A stretch of 53,768 nt of DNA from Bacteroidales bacterium. GTDB taxonomy: Bacteria; Bacteroidota; Bacteroidia; Bacteroidales; VadinHA17. The position numbers and the translations under genes are program-made. How positions within the stretch are numbered: position 1 is the stretch's first letter; the number at the start of each line of letters is the position of its first letter. The stretch covers positions 1 through 53,768 of the forward strand of contig DATKXL010000077.1 of assembly GCA_035529055.1 (NCBI GenBank), written 5' to 3'. The notes under the pieces are model-generated. The model ran no database searches. It was not told the origin of the DNA and saw only the letters and a list, made by a program, of their open reading frames with translations. Shown here piece after piece: positions 18,763-27,910 of this stretch.

Positions 18763-18826
18763 TATAGTCATCAATCAATTAGGTAAATTTGAATCAGCAA
18801 ATAATTCATTTCAAGAATTCACACAT

Positions 18827-19399
18827 ATGCAACTTAAAGATCTGATAATCAAAACACGGTCATACCGTCGCTTTGATGAATCTCAAGCAATCTCATATCA
18901 TGATATGGAAAACCTTATTGATCTTGCCAGGTTATCAGCATCGGCGGCAAACAGGCAACCTCTGAAATATCTTCTCTATAATAAACCTGAGGAATGTAAG
19001 ATGATTTTCCCTTCAATCGCCTGGGCGGCGTATTTGAAGGAATGGCATGGTCCTGTAAGGGGTGAGAGGCCTGCGGGATATATTATTATCCTTGGTGACA
19101 AATCAATAACAGAATCTTTTAGTGTTGATCACGGGATTGCAGCCCAGAGCATAATGTTGGGGGCAACTGAAATCGGACTGGGTGGCTGTATGATTGCTTC
19201 AATCAAAAGGGAAGAGCTCCGAAAAACCCTTAGTATTCCCGACAGATTTGAAATCCTCTTAATACTTGCGCTGGGGAAACCTGTTGAAAATATAATTATT
19301 GACCCCGTAAAGGATAACGATATAAAATACTGGAGAGATGAGAAGTTAAATCATCATGTTCCAAAAAGATCTCTTGATGAATTGATTATAAAGTTCTGA
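18827..19399 (+). CDS. Nitroreductase-family flavoprotein
   Basis: RSYRRFDE...LSASAANRQPLKY...HGIAAQSIMLGATEIGLGGCMI is the typical nitroreductase fold. The ATG at 18827 avoids overlap with mqnD (track start 18641). Confidence 0.8.
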   Translation: MQLKDLIIKTRSYRRFDESQAISYHDMENLIDLARLSASAANRQPLKYLLYNKPEECKMIFPSIAWAAYLKEWHGPVRGERPAGYIIILGDKSITESFSVDHGIAAQSIMLGATEIGLGGCMIASIKREELRKTLSIPDRFEILLILALGKPVENIIIDPVKDNDIKYWRDEKLNHHVPKRSLDELIIKF

Positions 19400-19412
19400 A
19401 GGAAACAGTGTA

Positions 19413-20135
19413 ATGAAGAGGATCTGGTCAGTTTTGTTATTTACATGTTTAATCTGGCAGGGTGTTTCCTGTCAGATTATCAAACAGAGCGGTTCCAGGA
19501 TTCTGTTTCACGGTTTGGTTATGGATGGAGCTACTCTTTCACCAATAGCTAATTCGCAGATCCTTATTAACAGGTCTTTTTTATCAGTAAGTGATCAGGA
19601 GGGGGCATTTGCCTTTTGGGTTAACAGGAGGGATACAATTGTTTTCAGAAGTCTCGGGTATAAATCGGTTACTTTATTCATCAGCGACACTCTGGTCGGA
19701 AGGGAGTTTATTACAGGTATTTATATGAATACCGATACACTTTCAATAGGAGAAATAATTATTGTTCCAAGACTTGCAAACCTTAAATCTGATTTGCTTA
19801 ATACAAGGACCGAATCGAGGCCTGAAATTGAAAATGCAAAATATAATCTGGCCGTTTCAGCATATCAGGGAAAGCAAAGTCAGAGTATTCTGGGAGATCC
19901 TGGCTCAAATTATGAGTTGTTGCGTCAGAAACAGCGTATTAATGCATTTGAAAAAGGGGGCATACCATCTGACAAAATAATAGGATTAAGTCCCTTTATG
20001 CTTCTCCCTGCAGCTTATCTGTTAATCCATGGATTACCCGAGAAACCGGCACCACTGAAGTCAAATCTTACCAGGCAGGAAGTAGATCAGATACAAAAGA
20101 AGTATCTGGAAACTTTGAAACAGAAAAACCAGTAG
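19413..20135 (+). CDS. Secreted hypothetical protein with a CarboxypepD_reg-like N-terminal beta-sandwich
   Basis: Signal peptide (MKRIWSVLLFTCLIWQGVSC), then a GLVMDGATLSPIANSQILIN...FRSLGYKS pattern. Confidence 0.5.
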   Translation: MKRIWSVLLFTCLIWQGVSCQIIKQSGSRILFHGLVMDGATLSPIANSQILINRSFLSVSDQEGAFAFWVNRRDTIVFRSLGYKSVTLFISDTLVGREFITGIYMNTDTLSIGEIIIVPRLANLKSDLLNTRTESRPEIENAKYNLAVSAYQGKQSQSILGDPGSNYELLRQKQRINAFEKGGIPSDKIIGLSPFMLLPAAYLLIHGLPEKPAPLKSNLTRQEVDQIQKKYLETLKQKNQ

Positions 20136-20150
20136 GTAAGGATTGAGGAA

Positions 20151-20182
20151 GATTGCTTCGTCACTTCGTTCCTCGCAATGAC
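20151..20182. repeat. Short GC-richer intergenic word element (gattgcttcgtcacttcgttcctcgcaatgac)
   Basis: Self-complementary ends (GTCAcTtCG...CGcAaTGAC). It stands out from the AT-rich surroundings in a convergent intergenic gap, and I recall the ...CCTCGCAATGAC word as a recurrent intergenic element in Bacteroidota-type genomes. Confidence 0.4.
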
Positions 20183-20247
20183 TTTCAACAAATCATCTTT
20201 ACTGTACTTCATACCCATCATTGACTACCCGGCACCCGGCATCTAAC

Positions 20248-21159
20248 CTATCCCTTATAAAATATTGCTTTGATAATATGGCTCGCCATTTTTGGATTCT
20301 CTTTCAGCCTCCGTGTTGAATAGCCGAACCATTGTTTTCCAAAGGGTACATAAACCCTCATGGTATGTCCATTATTAACAACACTTTCACGTAAGCGCGG
20401 TGTCACTCCGTAGAGCATCTGGAATTCGTACAGGCTCTTTGGGACATTATATTTCTCTATCAGTTTACAGGCACCTTCAATCAAAGGTTTATCGTGAGTC
20501 GCAATACCAACATGAACCTTATTTTTAAATAAGAATTCCAGATCTTCCAGAAAATGCTGGTTTATCTCCTCATATTTTTTAAAAGCAATTGCCTCAGGTT
20601 CAACATAAATACCTTTACAAAGGCGGAAGCTCAGAGGGAAGACTTCACTGTTGAGATCGAGCATGCTCCTGATATCATTCATTGTTCTTTTCAGATATGC
20701 CTGGATTACCAGTCCAACATTGCCCGGGAATTCCTGTTTCAGCTTCCGGAATAATTCTATCTCCATGTCGGTGCATGGCGAATCTTCCATATCAATCCGG
20801 ATGAATCCGTTATACGATGCTGCTTTTGCAACTATTTCGCGGATATGATTATAACAAACCTGGTTATCGATCAGCAGACCGAAACTCGTTGGTTTCAGAG
20901 AGAAATTCCCATCAATTCCGGTTTTAAGGGTAACGTCAATAAGGTGTAAATACTCTTTTTTATTTGTTTCAGCTTCATCAGGGGTTTTGATAAATTCCCC
21001 GAGCACATCAAGTGTGACTTTTATTTGTTTGCTGTTCAAATCTTTAGAGACCCTCATCGCATCCTCAATTGTCTCTCCTGATATATAGGGCCTGGAAAAT
21101 ATCCAGATGAATTTTTTGGGGAAATAGGGCAGTATTGCCGCGATGAATTTATTGAACAT
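20248..21159 (-). CDS. Proline dehydrogenase (monofunctional PutA-like)
   Basis: SLKPTSFGL, RLCKGIY, GIATHD, EFQMLYG and YVPFG..WFGYSTRRLKENP motifs; about 303 aa. Confidence 0.85.
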   Translation of the reverse strand: MFNKFIAAILPYFPKKFIWIFSRPYISGETIEDAMRVSKDLNSKQIKVTLDVLGEFIKTPDEAETNKKEYLHLIDVTLKTGIDGNFSLKPTSFGLLIDNQVCYNHIREIVAKAASYNGFIRIDMEDSPCTDMEIELFRKLKQEFPGNVGLVIQAYLKRTMNDIRSMLDLNSEVFPLSFRLCKGIYVEPEAIAFKKYEEINQHFLEDLEFLFKNKVHVGIATHDKPLIEGACKLIEKYNVPKSLYEFQMLYGVTPRLRESVVNNGHTMRVYVPFGKQWFGYSTRRLKENPKMASHIIKAIFYKG

Positions 21160-21260
21160 GTTGTATCGGTTTAAAAAGTTCTAATATCAGGAATAAAATT
21201 TAAATAATCTTTTGAAAACAGAATTTAAACTGCTAATAAAATTGATCTTAAAACGTTTTT

Positions 21261-21313
21261 AAATGACCTTTGTCACATGAAAGAGGTGATTTATCACAGG
21301 AAACAGGTCATTT
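21261..21313. promoter_or_regulatory. Nested inverted repeats upstream of the ECF sigma gene (candidate operator)
   Basis: Outer perfect 9-bp inverted repeat AAATGACCT (21261-21269) / AGGTCATTT (21305-21313). Inner palindrome GTGAT-TT-ATCAC (21286-21297). Lies 67 nt upstream of the ATG at 21380. Confidence 0.35.
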
Positions 21314-21379
21314 ATCCAAAATTTCCTTTGTTATGCAACCATTTTTTTCGATAGTATGTCTTAAAATTATCCCTGGCAT

Positions 21380-21943
21380 ATGATGAGCGACCGGCAAATA
21401 ATTGAAGGGTGCGCAAAGCATAACGGAAAAGCCCAAAAGTTGTTGTACGATAAGTATTCACGGTTACTGTTGGGTATTTGCATGAGGTATGCGGGCGACA
21501 AAGCTGAGGCGGAAGATATTTTGCAGGAGAGTTTTTTAAAGATTTTTTTCAGTATAGAAGATTTTTCAGGAACAGGTTCTTTTACAGGCTGGTTAAGAAA
21601 GATAGCTGTAAATACTGCTATTACTCATTATCATAAAAATCTTAAGTACAGATACAATATTGAAATAGAGGAGTATATGTCAGTTGAAACAGGGGCTGCA
21701 GGTTTTGAAGATGACTTTTGCACTTCAGATGAGCTTTTCAGGGTACTTAATGAACTTCCTGCGGGTTACAGGATGGTATTTAACCTTTATGCAATAGAGG
21801 GGTATAAGCACAGGGAGATCGCTGAAATGCTTGGGATTGACACAAATACATCAAAGTCACAGTATAGCAGGGCCAAGGCAGTTATCAGGGAAAAACTTGA
21901 AATCCTGAGAAGACTTAAAAGCAGCTATTCAGACAATATTTGA
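21380..21943 (+). CDS. ECF-type RNA polymerase sigma-70 family factor
   Basis: Region 2 (LLGICMRYAGDKAEAEDILQESFLKIF) and region 4 (LPAGYRMVFNLYAIEGYKHREIAEMLGI..NTSKSQYSRAK); about 187 aa. Confidence 0.9.
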   Translation: MMSDRQIIEGCAKHNGKAQKLLYDKYSRLLLGICMRYAGDKAEAEDILQESFLKIFFSIEDFSGTGSFTGWLRKIAVNTAITHYHKNLKYRYNIEIEEYMSVETGAAGFEDDFCTSDELFRVLNELPAGYRMVFNLYAIEGYKHREIAEMLGIDTNTSKSQYSRAKAVIREKLEILRRLKSSYSDNI

Positions 21944-21956
21944 ACAGATACAAAAA

Positions 21957-23321
21957 GTGAATGTTAAACCGGTGAAAGGGAAAAAAGAAGATAAGATCAT
22001 AAGGGAGTTGTTCAGGCAGAAGCTTGAAAACGCGGAAGTTATTCCCGGTCCATCAGTTAAAGATGAACTGATGCGCAAGGTTGCCAGACGGGAGTTTCTT
22101 CGGTTTAATCCCGGTAGGTTTAATGTCTGGTACATTGGCGGAATCTTAGCTGCCGGTTTGATTGCAGCCCTCCTTATTGTTACTGTCGATCATAAAAAAA
22201 TTGAAAGCATCTCAGAGGCCTCACCAGCTGAAGCCGGACAAACTCCAACTGTTAGCCCTGCACCCGGTTCCGAAGATCTGGTTGTAAAACGTATAGAGGT
22301 CCAGACAGAGAAGATTTCCAAAGAGAGCTTTGAGACTCCTGAAATAAATGTATTGCTCTCTCCGGTGGAAAATCCCGATAATATTACTTTTAGAAATGAA
22401 TTTCAGATAAGGAATAATCTCACACGGACTGAAATAAATGAGAGCCTTTCAGAAAAAGGATTATTTTCAGAATCGGGAAATGATAACAGGAACAATCTTA
22501 AGAACACTGCAAAGCCGGTTGAAGGTTTAATAGAAGCGTCAGCTGCATCCGGTTGCGTCCCTCTGAAAGTACATTTTTCAAGTAAACCTGTCAATGGGAA
22601 TTCTTATCTCTGGACTTTTGGTGACGGAGGTTCATCTGCTGAAAAGGAAACTGACTGGATATTTGATGTTGAAGGAGAATATAGGGTTGTTCTTGATGTT
22701 ATTACTGCTGATGGTACCAGAACAACCTCATCAATCGTCATAATTGTCCATCCTAAACCGGTGGCACGTTTCGAGATAATTCCTGAAAATCCCATTATCC
22801 CGGATGATGAGATCAGATTCATCAACTATTCAACTGATGCCGTAATATTTATGTGGGATTTTGATGATGGAAACAGCTCGGATCTGTTTGAGCCCCGGTA
22901 TAGTTACAAAAAATCAGGCAACTATGATATCCGGCTGACCGTTTCTTCAATTTACGGTTGTTCTGATTCGCTAGTTGTATTGAATGCTTTTACCGGTAAA
23001 GGATATTATGTTAATTTCCCCAATGCCTTTATCCCTAATCCGGGAGGTCCTAGCGGTGGTTATTTTTCTCCCTCCAGTGACGAATCAGCATATATATTTC
23101 ATCCTGAGATGTTTGGAGTTTCAGACTTTCATCTAAGGATATTCTCCCGCAGGGGATTGCTTATCTTTGAAAGCAGGGACATAAATGTTGGCTGGGATGG
23201 CTATTTTAACGGTCAGCTTTGTGAACCAGGTGTCTATATCTGGAAAGTGAGGGGAACCTATATAAACGGGGAATCATTTACGAAAATGGGCGACGTTACA
23301 TTATTGAAAAGTGCACGATAA
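21957..23321 (+). CDS. Membrane-anchored (anti-sigma-like N-terminus) protein with PKD-like repeats and a T9SS type-B C-terminal sorting domain
   Basis: About 65 N-terminal residues with no signal-peptide character (ELFRQKLENAEVIPGP), then a TM helix WYIGGILAAGLIAALLIVTV and two PKD-like repeats (YLWTFGDGGSS, FMWDFDDGNSS). The gliding-motility-type CTD follows (FPNAFIPNP...GWDGYFNG...GVYIWKV...GDVTLLK). The GTG start at 21957 is uncertain. Confidence 0.75.
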   Translation: MNVKPVKGKKEDKIIRELFRQKLENAEVIPGPSVKDELMRKVARREFLRFNPGRFNVWYIGGILAAGLIAALLIVTVDHKKIESISEASPAEAGQTPTVSPAPGSEDLVVKRIEVQTEKISKESFETPEINVLLSPVENPDNITFRNEFQIRNNLTRTEINESLSEKGLFSESGNDNRNNLKNTAKPVEGLIEASAASGCVPLKVHFSSKPVNGNSYLWTFGDGGSSAEKETDWIFDVEGEYRVVLDVITADGTRTTSSIVIIVHPKPVARFEIIPENPIIPDDEIRFINYSTDAVIFMWDFDDGNSSDLFEPRYSYKKSGNYDIRLTVSSIYGCSDSLVVLNAFTGKGYYVNFPNAFIPNPGGPSGGYFSPSSDESAYIFHPEMFGVSDFHLRIFSRRGLLIFESRDINVGWDGYFNGQLCEPGVYIWKVRGTYINGESFTKMGDVTLLKSAR

Positions 23322-23507
23322 TTAGTCTGAAAACCTAAATTTACATACCAGATTGACTATTTACAGTCACCGCAATCACGATCAGGTCTGAATCGTTTAA
23401 TAGATTGTTCAAAAAAGATGTACCTTTTTTAGGAAATATCCGTTTAATGGTATTAGTTATTAGTTACATTAAGCTATTTTCGTCACGTAAACCTAACAAG
23501 ATCGATT

Positions 23508-24497
23508 TTGCTGAAGAGGATAAAATACTCATTCATACTGTCATTAATCATTCTTTTAGATAGTTTTGGCCAGGACCCTACATTCTCCCAGTTTTATGCT
23601 AATTCACTCTATCTGGCACCTTCATTTGCAGGTGCGACAGAAGAATACAGATTTGCACTGAACTACAGAAATCAATGGCCTGCTGTTCCCGGGGTCTTTC
23701 ATACCTATAGTATCTCATTTGATAAAGCTCTGGTGAATTTCAACTCGGGAATCGGGGTACTTGCGACTTATGATGTTGCAGGATCAGGTGATCTGAGCAC
23801 AACGAACATTGGGCTGCTTTATTCTTATGACTTCAATATTGACGAAGATTGGCATATTCGTCCCGGAGTTAATTTTAAATTCAGATACCTGGGTCTTAAT
23901 ATTTACAAGCTGGTATTTGCCAGTCAGATGACCGGCAGCGGAACTGTTCCTACCATTTACCCTCCGCCTTTTGATAATGTTGCTGATATTGATTTTGCCA
24001 CTTCAGCCCTGGTATATAACGACAGGATATGGGCAGGATTCACCCTCGATCATCTCCTGAATCCTAAACAGTCATTTTACGGTGAAGATTCAAACCTTCC
24101 CATCAAGCTGAATGTATTTGGAGGTCTCCAGATTCTCAGGAATACAAGGTTAAAACAGAAACTTCAGGAGGTCCTGTCCGTAGCAATGAACTTTCAGAAG
24201 CAGGGGAAATTTTACCAGTCAGACCTCGGATTATATTATTACAGAGATCCCCTGATATTCGGATTATGGTACAGAGGCATCCCATTTGTTACCTCACAGG
24301 CGGGCGACGCATTAATTGCATTGATCGGAATTAAGACTGATAAAGTTCATATAGGTTATAGTTATGATTTCACCATTTCAAATCTGATCAGCTCCACAGC
24401 CGGATCACATGAGATTTCAATAGTGTACGAATTCAATTCTTTGACACTTGGTCAGGAAAAAAGAAGAGTACGTGCAATTCCCTGCCCGGAATTCTAA
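23508..24497 (+). CDS. Type IX secretion system membrane protein, PorP/SprF family
   Basis: QDPTFSQFYANSLYLAPSFAG N-terminal signature, NYRNQWP, and a C-terminal ...IPCPEF. TTG start as given in the track. Confidence 0.9.
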   Translation: MLKRIKYSFILSLIILLDSFGQDPTFSQFYANSLYLAPSFAGATEEYRFALNYRNQWPAVPGVFHTYSISFDKALVNFNSGIGVLATYDVAGSGDLSTTNIGLLYSYDFNIDEDWHIRPGVNFKFRYLGLNIYKLVFASQMTGSGTVPTIYPPPFDNVADIDFATSALVYNDRIWAGFTLDHLLNPKQSFYGEDSNLPIKLNVFGGLQILRNTRLKQKLQEVLSVAMNFQKQGKFYQSDLGLYYYRDPLIFGLWYRGIPFVTSQAGDALIALIGIKTDKVHIGYSYDFTISNLISSTAGSHEISIVYEFNSLTLGQEKRRVRAIPCPEF

Positions 24498-24661
24498 CCT
24501 GTCATGACGAATCCTTTCCACATGTAATTGCTTATCAGGTAAAAATGTTTTTCTCATCATAGCGGGCCAAAAGGTTAACCGGCAATGTTTTTTTGCCTTT
24601 TATATTCATTAATTTATTTATATTTGCGCCTGATTTATGTTTAACAAATATTCAATCTGCA

Positions 24662-25261
24662 ATGAAGAAACTTGATACCATTCTGTTTGCTGCCATTTTT
24701 CTGTTAGTAGCTCTACTCTATTTTCTGCATTTTTCAGCAAACAAAAAAGTTAAAAATGGTGAGTCAACCACTGTTGCAGCTGAGATACCTGCTCAGTCAA
24801 TTGCTTATGTCAACATCGATACGATCATTTTCAAATTTGATATGTTTTTCGACAGACGCGAAGATTTAATTGCAAAACAACAGAAAGCTGAGGCCGAGCT
24901 TAACTCTAAAGGCTCTCAATACGAAAGAGGGGCAAAAGATTACCAGGAAAAAGTAACCAAAGGTCTTGTAACCAGAGCAACAGCGGCTGAGATGGAGAAA
25001 TCGCTGCTCCAGCAACAGCAGGACCTTGTAAACCTCCGCGACAAATTACAGAATGACCTTTTGGAAGAGGAACAGGTAATGAACAGGCAGATTCTTGAAT
25101 ATATCACCACATTCCTTGAAGATAATAAGGATGAGTACAACTATCAGTATATTCTGGGAAAAAGCTTCGGGAGTGTTGTGCTTTATAGTAATAATGCGCT
25201 GGACATTACTCAAAAAGTACTGGAAGGCCTGAATAAAAAATATAAGGCAGAGAAAAAATAA
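24662..25261 (+). CDS. OmpH/Skp-like periplasmic coiled-coil protein (third copy in the window)
   Basis: The ATG at 24662 gives a membrane-anchor/signal sequence, MKKLDTILFAAIFLLVALLYF. IAYVNIDTI... is followed by a Gln/Glu-rich coiled coil and a conserved ILG tail. Confidence 0.65.
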   Translation: MKKLDTILFAAIFLLVALLYFLHFSANKKVKNGESTTVAAEIPAQSIAYVNIDTIIFKFDMFFDRREDLIAKQQKAEAELNSKGSQYERGAKDYQEKVTKGLVTRATAAEMEKSLLQQQQDLVNLRDKLQNDLLEEEQVMNRQILEYITTFLEDNKDEYNYQYILGKSFGSVVLYSNNALDITQKVLEGLNKKYKAEKK

Positions 25262-25267
25262 AATATT

Positions 25268-26530
25268 ATGGGTTTTGCCTCAACCTACCTTGAAACAAGA
25301 ACACTATTCCCGCAATTAATAAAAGAGGCACCTGATAAGAAAACAGGTATTACAGCTGTAGTGCCTGCATTTGATGAACCGGAAATAACAACTTTGCTTG
25401 ACTCACTTATTAATTGCAATGAACCGGATTGCAAAGTTGAAGTAATTGTTATTGTAAATTCACCATTACATTCAAGCATTGAAAGCCAGGAAAATAACAG
25501 AAAAAGTATTTCTGAAATTGAGACCTGGAAGAAACAAAACATAAACACTTTTTTCAGGCTTTTTCTTGTTGACAAAACTAATTGCCCGATAAAGGAGTGG
25601 GGTGTCGGTCTCGCCCGAAAAACCGGAATGGATGAAGCTATCCGACGGTTTAATAATCTGGATAAGCCTGATGGCGTGATTATTAACCTTGATGCTGATT
25701 GTACAGTAGAAAAGAACTATTTTAGAGCGATATATGAAGAGCTGGCCTCCAGAAAAGAGAGATCAGCTTGTTCTGTTTACTTTGAACACCCGCTATCGGG
25801 AAATAAGTTCCCTGAGAATGTTTTCAGATCAATTGCCCTTTATGAATTACACCTGCGTTATTATTATCAGGGACTAAAGTTTACGGGCTTTCCTTATGCG
25901 TATCATACGGTTGGTTCCGCTCTTGCTGTCAAAGCCATGCCTTATATAAAGTGCGGTGGTATGAACCGGCGCCAGGCGGGTGAAGACTTTTATTTTGTTC
26001 AGAAGCTGCTGCCGGCCGGAGGGTATTTCAGTCTGAATACAACAACAGTCTATCCTTCTCCAAGAGAATCTTTCAGAGTACCTTTCGGGACAGGAGTAGT
26101 TGTTTCAAAGTTACTTGAGGGCCGGGAAACGACTCTCCCCAGTTATAATTTGCAATCCTTCAAAGAGCTACAAGATTTATTCAGTAAAATAGATAAATTA
26201 TTTCATTGTTCAACTGACGATCTTCTAAATCTTTTCGGAAGCCTTCCCCAAGGAATTCAACTGTTTATTAAAGATGATGAATGGGTAAACAAACTTAATG
26301 AAATAAAAGCGAACACTTCAAGCCTGCACTCGTTTCATAAAAGATTTTTTAACTGGTTTAATATGTTCAGGATTGTAAAATATCTTAATCATTCACATTC
26401 ACGAATCTTTAAAAAGACGCCGGTGACCGAATCAGCAGTGGAATTACTTGATATTCTGGGGAATAATTTCAGATCAGATGATCCTCGAGAGATACTTGAC
26501 TTTTATCGCAGATTGGAAAAAGTGGTCTAA
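25268..26530 (+). CDS. Family-2-like glycosyltransferase
   Basis: AVVPAFDEPE...LDSL start of a GT-A fold, NLDADC (DxD) motif, AGEDFYF; 420 aa. Confidence 0.7.
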   Translation: MGFASTYLETRTLFPQLIKEAPDKKTGITAVVPAFDEPEITTLLDSLINCNEPDCKVEVIVIVNSPLHSSIESQENNRKSISEIETWKKQNINTFFRLFLVDKTNCPIKEWGVGLARKTGMDEAIRRFNNLDKPDGVIINLDADCTVEKNYFRAIYEELASRKERSACSVYFEHPLSGNKFPENVFRSIALYELHLRYYYQGLKFTGFPYAYHTVGSALAVKAMPYIKCGGMNRRQAGEDFYFVQKLLPAGGYFSLNTTTVYPSPRESFRVPFGTGVVVSKLLEGRETTLPSYNLQSFKELQDLFSKIDKLFHCSTDDLLNLFGSLPQGIQLFIKDDEWVNKLNEIKANTSSLHSFHKRFFNWFNMFRIVKYLNHSHSRIFKKTPVTESAVELLDILGNNFRSDDPREILDFYRRLEKVV

Positions 26531-26865
26531 TTATTTTTTCTTTTGATCTTCCGATCTTCCTGAGTTGTAACTATTATATAAAGATCTTCGTCGGGCCTCT
26601 TCATTCGATATTGCTCCCGTGCGAATTTCTCGAGGTTTTGATTATCAGTCTTCAATTCGTGAAGCTTTCTTTTATCGTCTGCAATTTTCTTTATATAATA
26701 TTCGTGTTCAGATCGGAGTCTATTAAGGTTTTTGAGCTCTTTGTACCTGGAAATAATATTATTAGAATCAAGGAACAATAACCAGATTATAAAAATTATG
26801 ATAGTCAGGAGATATTTGTTCCTTAGGACCGGAGATATTTTATTTGAAAAATTAAACCTTATCAT
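26527..26865 (-). CDS. Septum formation initiator family protein (FtsB/DivIC-like)
   Basis: 112 aa with a single TM (YLLTIIIFIIWLLFL), then a coiled coil and FAREQYRMKRPDEDLYII, which is typical of the family. Confidence 0.68.
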   Translation of the reverse strand: MIRFNFSNKISPVLRNKYLLTIIIFIIWLLFLDSNNIISRYKELKNLNRLRSEHEYYIKKIADDKRKLHELKTDNQNLEKFAREQYRMKRPDEDLYIIVTTQEDRKIKRKNN

Positions 26866-26891
26866 AATGATACAAACCTACAACTTTTTTT

Positions 26892-27095
26892 TTAACCTCC
26901 ACTCATCAGATAGAGAACCTGAACATTATCCTTATCGTGAATAAAAGTAGAATCATATTTATCTTTTGAAATCAGTGTTCCATTTATCTTTATAATTCTC
27001 ATCCTGAAAGAGAGCTTCTTTATCTGTAGCAGCTCACTTATACTAAGTGATTTGTTATCAAATTCTTCATTCCTGTTGTTTAGTAATATCTTCAT
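26892..27095 (-). CDS. ThiS/MoaD-family sulfur-carrier protein
   Basis: 67 aa, beta-grasp size, C-terminus ...LMSGG with Gly-Gly directly before the stop, 16 nt downstream of a ThiF-type E1. Confidence 0.75.
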   Translation of the reverse strand: MKILLNNRNEEFDNKSLSISELLQIKKLSFRMRIIKINGTLISKDKYDSTFIHDKDNVQVLYLMSGG

Positions 27096-27110
27096 GAGAA
27101 CTTTACAAAT

Positions 27111-27698
27111 CTACTTCAATTTCATAAGAATCTCCATCGCAACATTTGCCTGCATATTTGCAACCACACCAACACGCGGTGCCAGCAGGGGTAAGTCGTC
27201 AGAGGCATCTGAGGTTTCATCACCACATACAAAAAGAGTATCGTCAATCTTTCGGAATCTTATTAATTCATTGTTCCCCCATCCCGCCATTCCCGATCCG
27301 ACCACCAATGGTATTGAGGGCATCTCCGACTGAACTGTTTCTATTATCATCGACTTCATTTCGGAACTGTCGAAAGCTTCAACAATCACATTACAGCCTT
27401 TAAAAACCTCGCAGATATTTGAAGGATCGAGTCTGATTGTATGAATGATTATGCTTATATCGGGTCTGATACGAATAATATTTTCTTTCAGGGCAATAGT
27501 TTTTTTCATCCCGACCTGATCTGAAAAATAATATTGCCTGTTGAGATTTGATTTTTCAACTGCATCAAAATCAGATATTACCAGAGTTCCAACACCTGCT
27601 CTGGCGAGAGCAATAGCACAATTGGATCCAAGTCCGCCTGCCCCGGCAATTCCTACCCTGAATTTCTTAAGATGCTTTTCAATATCAGCTAACCTCAT
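27111..27698 (-). CDS. Short ThiF/MoeB-family adenylyltransferase (E1-like, no Zn/rhodanese C-domain)
   Basis: VGIAGAGGLGS nucleotide-binding loop, DFDAVEKSNLNRQ motif; only 195 aa. Confidence 0.8.
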   Translation of the reverse strand: MRLADIEKHLKKFRVGIAGAGGLGSNCAIALARAGVGTLVISDFDAVEKSNLNRQYYFSDQVGMKKTIALKENIIRIRPDISIIIHTIRLDPSNICEVFKGCNVIVEAFDSSEMKSMIIETVQSEMPSIPLVVGSGMAGWGNNELIRFRKIDDTLFVCGDETSDASDDLPLLAPRVGVVANMQANVAMEILMKLK

Positions 27699-27910
27699 TC
27701 TGGATTTTTTTCAGGTAATAAAGATAATTACAAAATTATTTACCATGAAAAAATTTTGATCAGTAACACCGGATTGATAATAAGGCTTGTCAAAGCCTCC
27801 CGAATTTCACCTTGTATAACATATTGATTATTGTCATGATAAAACCAGACTTTTTTGTTCTAACTTTGATTAAACTTATCATTTATGATATTCACCAAAA
27901 TATCTCGGCT

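Noticed and set aside
18641-18826. 5' extensions of track ORFs for the nitroreductase (18641), the third ompH-like gene (24593-24661) and AOR (27812-27910).
   Set aside because: The extensions either overlap the upstream gene or encode implausible leaders. Internal ATGs at 18827, 24662 and 27911/27920 start exactly where family-typical sequence begins.
27699-27910. Possible riboswitch or operator in the thiF/AOR divergent region: multiple TGATAA/TTATCA hexamers (27775, 27825, 27837, 27876, 27886) and a small hairpin AGGCTT-GTCA-AAGCCT (~27783-27798). I also looked for a Moco riboswitch upstream of moeA (30065-30174).
   Set aside because: I could not find the conserved TPP-riboswitch (CUGAGA / ACCUGAUCUGGAUAAUGCCAGCG-like) or Moco-riboswitch cores on the relevant strands. 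The hexamers are AT-rich words expected by chance in this composition. Left as unverified.
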